In this document: piece after piece, positions 24,890 through 30,882 of the stretch
Layout: each line of letters starts with the position of its first letter
Numbering within the stretch: position 1 is the first letter of the stretch
IMG/VR virus record: IMGVR_UViG_3300037313_002051
Span: 1 to 30,882 of that record
Length of the DNA: 30,882 nt
Origin: a virus
Lineage: Duplodnaviria > Caudoviricetes
Direction: 5' to 3' (one strand)
Program-made: the position numbers and the translations under genes
Notes under the pieces: model-generated
The model's database searches: none
What the model was told of the DNA's origin: nothing
The model's input: only the letters and a program-made list of their open reading frames with translations

Positions 24890-25674
24890 CGCGCGCGCTC
24901 CAGCTTCGCGCGCCGGTACTCGAGAATGTCGCGGTCGCCCTCGAACGCGTGCAGCGACGAGATGTGCATGAGGAGTCGATCGGGATGCACACGCTGCTCA
25001 TCCGTGCTCAGCTGGTTGCAGAGCCACTGGAGCAAGCGCGCGGCCATGTAGACGTCGTCCGGCAGATGCCGCAAGACGTCGCATGAGCGAATGTAGTAGA
25101 CGACCTTCACCTGGCCGCCGCGATTCATCACGTGGTAGCCGAGCGTACACGGCACGCGCTGGCCATGCGTCGCGCCCGTATCTTCGGGGAACCAGATCGG
25201 GATGTACGCCTGGCGTGTATGCGGGCGTGCGCGAAGAAGCTCGAGGACGTCGTTGAGATCGCCGTACGGGTAGCGAATCCCGAAGCGCAGCGCTGTTGAC
25301 GCGTCGCGAGCTTGCGGCCACAGACGCTCGGGATACGTGTGCGAGAAGCGGCCCTGCTCGTCGACGTGCTCGGCGTGGCCGGCTTGCGCAAACGGCCAGT
25401 GTGCGGCGCTCGGCGGGGGATTCCACGGCGTGCCGCTGATGCGCTCTTCGAAGTGCTCCTCCGCCCAGGGGAGATTCGGCTTGACCATTGCCGCGAGAAC
25501 GTCGCGCGACGACGGCACGGGGATTTCAAACGAGACGTCTTCGAGTTCGTACGTGCGCGCCTGGGGAACGTCGCGCTTCGCTTGCCACTCGCCGACGTTA
25601 ATCGGTCGCGTCGCGAGCAGCAGACGATACGCTTGCGCGAGAATCTGCTGGAATGAACCAACGAGGTGCAGCAT
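24886..25674 (-). CDS. Thymidylate synthase homologue, probable dCMP (hydroxy)methylase-type enzyme
   Basis: TRQAYIPIW, RVPCTLGYH, YYIRSCDVLRHLPDD and SLHAF. Asp at the position of ThyA Asn177. Confidence 0.88.
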   Translation of the reverse strand: MLHLVGSFQQILAQAYRLLLATRPINVGEWQAKRDVPQARTYELEDVSFEIPVPSSRDVLAAMVKPNLPWAEEHFEERISGTPWNPPPSAAHWPFAQAGHAEHVDEQGRFSHTYPERLWPQARDASTALRFGIRYPYGDLNDVLELLRARPHTRQAYIPIWFPEDTGATHGQRVPCTLGYHVMNRGGQVKVVYYIRSCDVLRHLPDDVYMAARLLQWLCNQLSTDEQRVHPDRLLMHISSLHAFEGDRDILEYRRAKLERAR

Positions 25675-25699
25675 GGCGGCGGGAATGAGGAGGCGGGGG

Positions 25700-25751
25700 C
25701 GCCGAGGGCGCGGCGCACTGAAGCGTCGGGCCCTCGGCGAGCAGAGGCGGG
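25700..25751 (-). promoter_or_regulatory. Leader element copy 1 (box plus stem-loop)
   Basis: Stem CGCCGAGGGC/GCCCTCGGCG encloses CGACGCTTCAGTGCG and is preceded by CCCGCCTCTGCTCG. Both boxes recur at 30161-30210. Confidence 0.5.
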
Positions 25752-25763
25752 GCGTGCTCGGAC

Positions 25764-26450
25764 TTAGCGCTTGCGCGTCGTCTTCTTCGCGGTCGTCTTC
25801 GCCGCCGACTTCGCGGGCGCGCGCTTCGTCGCCGCCTTCTTCGCTGGAGCGCGACGCGCGGGCTTCTCCTCCTCTTCATCGTCCTCGTCGTCCTCGTCCT
25901 CCTCATCGTCGCCCGACTCGTCATCGTCCTCGTCGTCGTCCTCGCCGTCCTCGTCGTCCTCGGACTCGTCGGCGTCGTCATCCTCGTCCTCCGCCTCGTC
26001 GTCCTCGTCTTCGTCGTCCGCCTCGTCTTCGTCGTCGTCCAGCTCCTCGTCGTTCTCGTCCTCGTCGTCGCTCGCCTCGAGCGGCAGCCACTGGACGATC
26101 TTGTTGCGCGTCTTGCCCTCGAACTTCTCCTCGCGGATGATGGCGCGAAGCTCCTTGTCCCCGATGAGCTTGGCGAACTCCTGGAGCGTGATCGTCATCT
26201 TCTTGATGCCGAGCGCGTGCAGGAGCTGAGCGATCTTCCAGCCGACGTGCGCGGCGATGTGGTCGAAGACGCCGGTGCCCTTGTGCGGGCCCTTCGTGAT
26301 GACAGCGTAGACCTTGACGGCCTTGCCGTCCTTGATCGCCGTCTTCTGCTTCGAGATCTTGAACGTGTACGTCCCGGCCGGCGCGGTCTTGAACGACTTC
26401 TGCTTGTAGTCGTCCTCGGTCAGGCTGATCACCGCAGCGTTCTTGCCCAT
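25764..26450 (-). CDS. DUF669-like single-stranded DNA-binding protein with acidic tract and basic tail
   Basis: FKTAPAGTYTFKI, GPHKGT, LLHALG, EKFEGKTRNKI, a long D/E tract, then a PAKK-type tail. Lies next to the Sak4-like ATPase. Confidence 0.8.
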   Translation of the reverse strand: MGKNAAVISLTEDDYKQKSFKTAPAGTYTFKISKQKTAIKDGKAVKVYAVITKGPHKGTGVFDHIAAHVGWKIAQLLHALGIKKMTITLQEFAKLIGDKELRAIIREEKFEGKTRNKIVQWLPLEASDDEDENDEELDDDEDEADDEDEDDEAEDEDDDADESEDDEDGEDDDEDDDESGDDEEDEDDEDDEEEEKPARRAPAKKAATKRAPAKSAAKTTAKKTTRKR

Positions 26451-26452
26451 CG

Positions 26453-27214
26453 TTATGACTCCTTGGTGGTGGTCTTGCGAGCGCGCTCATGCGCCCGCGT
26501 CGGGCCCTTCGCGATCGTCGCGAAGAGATTCGTGAGGAACTTCGTATCGTCGAACGCGACCGAGTAACGGCGCTGCTCCTTCGTCAGCCACCAGGCGCGT
26601 GTCTTCGCGAAGAACTCGTCCGTCTCGCGCAGGTAGAGCCAGCGTGAATCGTTCTTGCCGGGCTTGAGGTACAGCACGTGGTCGCAGTAGTACGGCAGCT
26701 GGCCCTGGAGCTGGCCGATGAGATTCGGCACGAGCTTCCCCGTCTCGCCGTTCGGCTTCTCGCCGAGGATGAGGACTTTATGCATGGGCACCTTTTTGAA
26801 GAGCCGCAGCAGGCGCCGAAGCTTATTGCCCATGATGCCGTACATCCGCTGGTCGAACTCGTCTTGGTCGCGCCGGCTATCGCGCTCGGCGGCGCGCGCC
26901 CCGAGTTCGTCGAGGACGAGTGCCTGGATGTCGTCGAAGTGGTCGAAGACGATCGTGTTGAAGCGCGCCGGCCAGGCTTTCTTGCTCGTCTCCGTGCACT
27001 TGCTGTACGCGTCGTTGAGGTTGTCGATGCCGAAGACGTCCTCGCTGCGCAGGTGCTCGAAGCCAGGGCGATCCGCGACGGAGATGAGGCCCTGGTTCGA
27101 GTCGAGAAAGATCGGCTTCGGCGCGGTCGCGGCGAGTGTCGTCTTGCCGACACCGCTCGGGCCGAAGATCGCCCACGTCTGCCAGCGTGTCGCGGCGGTG
27201 ACTGGAGCGCTCAT
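26453..27214 (-). CDS. Sak4-like AAA ATPase (AAA_24)
   Basis: IFGPSGVGKTTLAATAPKPIFLD, FNTIVFDH, CDHVLYL. Confidence 0.88.
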   Translation of the reverse strand: MSAPVTAATRWQTWAIFGPSGVGKTTLAATAPKPIFLDSNQGLISVADRPGFEHLRSEDVFGIDNLNDAYSKCTETSKKAWPARFNTIVFDHFDDIQALVLDELGARAAERDSRRDQDEFDQRMYGIMGNKLRRLLRLFKKVPMHKVLILGEKPNGETGKLVPNLIGQLQGQLPYYCDHVLYLKPGKNDSRWLYLRETDEFFAKTRAWWLTKEQRRYSVAFDDTKFLTNLFATIAKGPTRAHERARKTTTKES

Positions 27215-28146
27215 TAGCGGTACTCCCGTTGCTGATACTCGGTCTTGAGGACGTGCTTGAGGTCACCCGCACTGCCGCGCAGTAAGCACGGGATCTTGAA
27301 ATCGCACATCCACTGGCACTGGTCGCTCGGGTTCGCGTAGACGGCGCCGTCGAGCATGTCGAGCGCGGCGCGCTGCGTATCGAGCGCCCACTGGTCGATC
27401 TGCTCGTCCGTGCGCTCGACGCTCTCGCGCGCGAAGAGGTCGGCCTTCACGCGCGGCCCGGGCATCTGCTTGCGCAGCACCGTGTAGTGCGCGATGTAAC
27501 GCTTGGCCTTCGGGAAGCGCTGGCGCAGCGCCCAAAGGTAGACGCTGATCTGAAGGTTGAGCTCGACGATGTTCAGATCGATCTTCGCCTTGTTCTTGAA
27601 CTCGCAGCACGCGACAGTCTTCTTCAGCGTCGTCGGCGTGAAGACGTTATCGATCTTGCCGCGCACGCGGATGGCGCCGTCCGGCGTGAGCGGGTAGTCG
27701 AACCAGCTCTCCGGGTCGCAATCGACGAGCCCGATCTTCGCGTCATCGGCTTTCGCCCACGCGGCGTAGCCGATCGTCATGGCGCGGACGAGTTCGTAGT
27801 CTTCGACCTTGAGTTCATGCCAGTCGTGCTGCGCACAGCGCGCTTTGGCGATGCGCTCCATCGCCTTCACCGTGCGCTTGCCGTGCGGCAGCGAATACCA
27901 CGCCTCGAGAATTTGGTGCGAGAGCGAGCCGACCGCGAGCGCCGGGGCGCCGGCTTTCGGCGCGAGGTTGCACTGGTAACGCCAGTGGTGCTTGACTCGG
28001 CACGAGAGGAAGTCGCGCAGTTCGCTCGCCGAGATGATCAGCGGCTGCTCGGGCGTCGGCCGACGTGGCTTCTCGGCGCGCGCCTCGCTCGCGAGGAGCG
28101 ACGCTTTCGGCCGGCGATGAAGGGAGACGAGTCGTTGCTGGGCCAT
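27214..28146 (-). CDS. Cas4/RecB-like PD-(D/E)xK exonuclease
   Basis: ISASEL..FLSC, GSLSHQILE, VRGKIDNV..CEFK, QISVY, and C-terminal CQWMCDFKIPC (1+3 Cys pattern of Fe-S nucleases). Confidence 0.88.
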   Translation of the reverse strand: MAQQRLVSLHRRPKASLLASEARAEKPRRPTPEQPLIISASELRDFLSCRVKHHWRYQCNLAPKAGAPALAVGSLSHQILEAWYSLPHGKRTVKAMERIAKARCAQHDWHELKVEDYELVRAMTIGYAAWAKADDAKIGLVDCDPESWFDYPLTPDGAIRVRGKIDNVFTPTTLKKTVACCEFKNKAKIDLNIVELNLQISVYLWALRQRFPKAKRYIAHYTVLRKQMPGPRVKADLFARESVERTDEQIDQWALDTQRAALDMLDGAVYANPSDQCQWMCDFKIPCLLRGSAGDLKHVLKTEYQQREYR

Positions 28147-28152
28147 TGGGGG

Positions 28153-29805
28153 TTAGGAAAAGAGCTTGCGAAGCTCGCCGACGCCGAACACCTCGCCGAA
28201 CATGCGGTGGCGTTCCTCGAGCTTGTGCTGGAGTCGTTCCTCGTATGTGTCGGCGACGACGACGCGATACGCTGTTGTGGGAACGAGCTTGCCCGTGCCT
28301 TCTTCCGGGCGGTTGACGCGATCTTCGCTTTGCTCGAGTGCCTCCTTCGTAAAGGGGAGATCGAGGTGCGCGACGTATCCGTATTTCCCCATGTTCAGCG
28401 CGCGCCCGCCGAGCTGGGTCTGCACGATCAGCGCGTGGAAATCGCCGCGCAAGAAGCGGACGCGATTGCGCTCACGTTCGCGCGCGTTGATTTTGCCGTG
28501 CAGCATCGCGACGCGTTTCTTGCGTTTCGCGAGGAACGCGGCGAGGTTCTTCACGGCCTCGGCGAACGACGAGAAGATAACGAGCGGCGCGTCGAGGAAC
28601 TCGACCAGCTCGAGGAGCTGTGGATATTTGACGCTCGGCTCACGCGCGCCGATGAGGGCCGGGTCGACGAGGTACTGACGCAGGCGCGTGAGGCGCGGCA
28701 GTTCGCCGAGGATCGGCAAGATTTTCGTCTCGCCGCCGAGCGCCTCGAGTTCGACGAAGAACTCACGCTTCAGCTTCTCGTATTCGCGTCGGCCGCGCGC
28801 GCTTAGCTCGACCTCGCGAGCGACGCGCGTAATCGGTGGCAGATGCGGGAAGACCTGCGCCTTCGTGCGCCGCAAGACGAACGGCGCGAGTTCCCACTTC
28901 AACAACTTCGGCTGTCGCGCGCCGACGACGCGCCGGCCACCGAAGACGCCTTCCGGCACCCACTTCACGTGCATATTGAAGAAGAGCCAGAACGAGCTGT
29001 AGACGTCGGGGTAGAGCCAGTGCAGGATCGACCACAACTGGTCGACGGTGCGCGTAAACGGGTGTCCGGTGAGCGCGATCTTGTAGCGCGCGTTGAGCGC
29101 GTGCATCGTCTGCGTGCGCTGCGCGTCGCGATTCGTCATCAGCTGGGACTCGTCGGCGATGACGACGTCCCAGGCGACGTCGCTATACGCGTCGCGCGCG
29201 TGAACGAGCGATTCCCAGTGGCCGGCGATCCAGCCGCGCTTCGCGACGATGCGCTGGCTCTGCTCGTCGATCGTGCCCTCTACGATCGTCACACGCGTGA
29301 TCGTGCCGAGGTAGCGCTTGAGTTCGCGTCGCCATTGCCGCTTCGCCGCGTTCGGGGCGACGATCAACACGCGTATGTGCTTGCCGCCGCGCGCTCGCTC
29401 GCCGAGCAGCGAGAGCGCGTAGAGGATCGCGGCGAGCGTCTTGCCGACACCCGGCTCGTCGCAAAGGAGGAACGAACTCCAGCCGAGCGCGTGCATCTGC
29501 TCGAAGAAGCGCAGCGCGGCGCGCTGGTGGGGGAACGCGCGCGCCTCGAGATGATTGCGGGCCGGCGCGTCGAGCTGGCCGGCGAGGTGCCGCGCGAGCT
29601 TCACCGTCCGCTCGACCGCTTGCAAGTGTTGTGCCAGCGGGGCGTCGAGCCGAGCGCCGCGCTTCACCGCCGCGCGCAGGATCGAGGCGACGAGCGGCGC
29701 CGAGCCTTTCGCGGCGTGCTCACCGAGCACGCGCTCCATGCGCCCCATATCGGCCTCGCCCCAGACGATGCGCGGCCCGCGGCGACCCGTGCGCAGCCGC
29801 AGCAC
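28153..29805 (-). CDS. SNF2-family helicase
   Basis: CDEPGVGKT, IADESQ, LTGHP, LRRTKAQV..LPP, QSEDRVNR. Start uncertain. Confidence 0.92.
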   Translation of the reverse strand: MLRLRTGRRGPRIVWGEADMGRMERVLGEHAAKGSAPLVASILRAAVKRGARLDAPLAQHLQAVERTVKLARHLAGQLDAPARNHLEARAFPHQRAALRFFEQMHALGWSSFLLCDEPGVGKTLAAILYALSLLGERARGGKHIRVLIVAPNAAKRQWRRELKRYLGTITRVTIVEGTIDEQSQRIVAKRGWIAGHWESLVHARDAYSDVAWDVVIADESQLMTNRDAQRTQTMHALNARYKIALTGHPFTRTVDQLWSILHWLYPDVYSSFWLFFNMHVKWVPEGVFGGRRVVGARQPKLLKWELAPFVLRRTKAQVFPHLPPITRVAREVELSARGRREYEKLKREFFVELEALGGETKILPILGELPRLTRLRQYLVDPALIGAREPSVKYPQLLELVEFLDAPLVIFSSFAEAVKNLAAFLAKRKKRVAMLHGKINARERERNRVRFLRGDFHALIVQTQLGGRALNMGKYGYVAHLDLPFTKEALEQSEDRVNRPEEGTGKLVPTTAYRVVVADTYEERLQHKLEERHRMFGEVFGVGELRKLFS

Positions 29806-30147
29806 TTAGCGCGCGCCCCCGAGCTGGCGCTGAAGCTCGTCGATCCTCGCCTGGACGCGCTGGCGCGCGGCGAGCGTCTTGCGGCGCTTTAACGCCCGTA
29901 TAAGGCGCGAAAGCTCGCGGGACGGCTTGTCCCCCGTGTGGCGGGGCGATCGGGCCGCTACACCGCCTTTACGGCGCCGCGCGGAGGCCTTTGCGGCTTT
30001 CTCCTCGGCGTAGGCGACGCGGCGGGCGTCGACGATCGCTTCCGCGGTCTCGCCCCGCCAGAACGGCGCGTCGGGAATAGCGAGCCCAGGCGTGCGCGGC
30101 GACACGATGCGACGCGCAGCACCTTTCTGCAAGGTGCGTTTCGGCAT
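29806..30147 (-). CDS. Arg/Lys-rich hypothetical protein (113 aa)
   Basis: ATG 30147. Its stop abuts the helicase GTG. Basic, with a helical C-terminus. Confidence 0.65.
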   Translation of the reverse strand: MPKRTLQKGAARRIVSPRTPGLAIPDAPFWRGETAEAIVDARRVAYAEEKAAKASARRRKGGVAARSPRHTGDKPSRELSRLIRALKRRKTLAARQRVQARIDELQRQLGGAR

Positions 30148-30160
30148 GGAGACGGCTCGC

Positions 30161-30210
30161 CGCGCTGAAGCGTCGAGCGGTATGTGGGGTGGGGGACGAG
30201 CGGAGGCGGG
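30161..30210 (-). promoter_or_regulatory. Leader element copy 2 (box plus stem-loop)
   Basis: CCCGCCTCCGCTCG followed by the hairpin GCTCGACGCTTCAGCGCGGCGAGC. Confidence 0.5.
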
Positions 30211-30251
30211 AGGTCGAGCGAGGGCGCCGCGCGTGTGCGCGACGTATACAC

Positions 30252-30280
30252 AAACTAATGCCAGCCGAGCACGGGTGGAA
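30252..30280 (-). promoter_or_regulatory. Possible sigma70-type promoter TTCCAC-N17-TAGTTT
   Basis: AT-rich patch in the intergenic region upstream of the replication arm with 17-nt spacing. Weak consensus match. Confidence 0.35.
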
Positions 30281-30295
30281 TGGCTCGCCGTTTGG

Positions 30296-30622
30296 CTAGC
30301 CGCGTCGATCGGTGCGCCAGCCGAAGCGGCGCGTTCGGCCTCGTTCGGCCGCGCGAAACGCGGCGAGCATCTCGCCGGGCGCGGCGATGGCGAGCACGTC
30401 GTCCATCGTCAGCGGGATCGCCGGGCCAAGCTCGTCAACGAGGTAGAACGTGAGGTCGCGCGTCAGCACGATCTTCTCAGCGAGTCGCACGCCGCGCAGC
30501 CGGCGCCCGTCGGGCAAGAGGGCCGGCTGCGCCGACTCAGCGAGGCGCACGCGTCGACGCGTCAGCTGGCTATGCCAGTGGCGGAAAACGCGCGCGCTCG
30601 CCGAATCGAAGCCGCACATCAT
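30296..30622 (-). CDS. Hypothetical protein (108 aa)
   Basis: ATG 7 nt after the upstream stop, co-oriented with the arm. Confidence 0.6.
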   Translation of the reverse strand: MMCGFDSASARVFRHWHSQLTRRRVRLAESAQPALLPDGRRLRGVRLAEKIVLTRDLTFYLVDELGPAIPLTMDDVLAIAAPGEMLAAFRAAERGRTRRFGWRTDRRG

Positions 30623-30629
30623 CGGTGCG

Positions 30630-30882
30630 TTACGCCTTGCGCGCGAGGCGCCGCACGAGACGGTTGGCGCTCGACAGCTGCGCCGCGAGGTCCGTGTGCT
30701 CCTTCTCGCGCGCCGTCGCCGCCGCCTCGTTCACGGCGTCGCGCAGCTTCTCGAGCTGGGTGCGCGAGAGCGTCTCGTCGGCGGCGAGGCGCTCGGCGAG
30801 CTTGACGACGGCGCCGTCCGCCTTCGCCTTCTTCAGCATCGGGACGAGTGCGGCGCCGGTCGTGTGGCCCATCGACGCGCGC
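30630..30882 (-). CDS. Helical hypothetical protein, probably 5'-partial
   Basis: Frame open to the window edge: ...VVKLAERLAADETLSRTQLEKLRDAVNEAA...RRLARKA*. Confidence 0.65.
   Translation of the reverse strand, partial: RASMGHTTGAALVPMLKKAKADGAVVKLAERLAADETLSRTQLEKLRDAVNEAAATAREKEHTDLAAQLSSANRLVRRLARKA

Noticed and set aside
25868-26070. (TCG/TCC)n low-complexity run resembling a tandem repeat or array
   Set aside because: It encodes the Asp/Glu tract of the SSB and has no repeat-spacer structure.
27214-28146. Cas4-like gene as evidence of a CRISPR system
   Set aside because: No array or other cas genes are present. Its position beside Sak4, SSB and SNF2 genes is a standard phage recombination module.

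Overview
A 30.9 kb internal segment of a high-GC, CpG-rich tailed phage with a long non-contractile tail (siphovirus type). It has three parts. (1) Plus strand, 1-15021: head-tail joining genes, two paralogous tail-tube genes, a tail assembly chaperone with a -1 frameshift, tape measure, Dit/hub, fibre and lectin-like proteins, a holin-like gene and a DUF1353 gene. (2) Plus strand, about 15023-16861: a small accessory island driven by two copies of a CCCTGGTGC-N17-TATCGTACG promoter-like cassette. (3) Minus strand, 30882-16808: a replication/recombination arm (SNF2 helicase, Cas4-like nuclease, Sak4-like ATPase, SSB, primase-helicase, PolA, RuvC-like). The most notable element is a probable cytosine-modification pathway in the replication arm, with its genes joined by overlapping stop/start codons. 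It comprises two thymidylate-synthase-fold proteins that both have Asp at the dCMP-specificity position, a dNMP kinase, a MazG/PRA-PH pyrophosphatase, and a C5-cytosine-methyltransferase homologue with changed cofactor-pocket and base-recognition residues (PCQ>PCG, ENV>DNL, GNxV>GKAV). The GN>GK change matches the engineered mutation that turns C5-MTases into carboxymethyltransferases. I saw no integrase, endolysin, tRNA or CRISPR array. All calls come from reading motifs and gene order by eye; no database searches were run.
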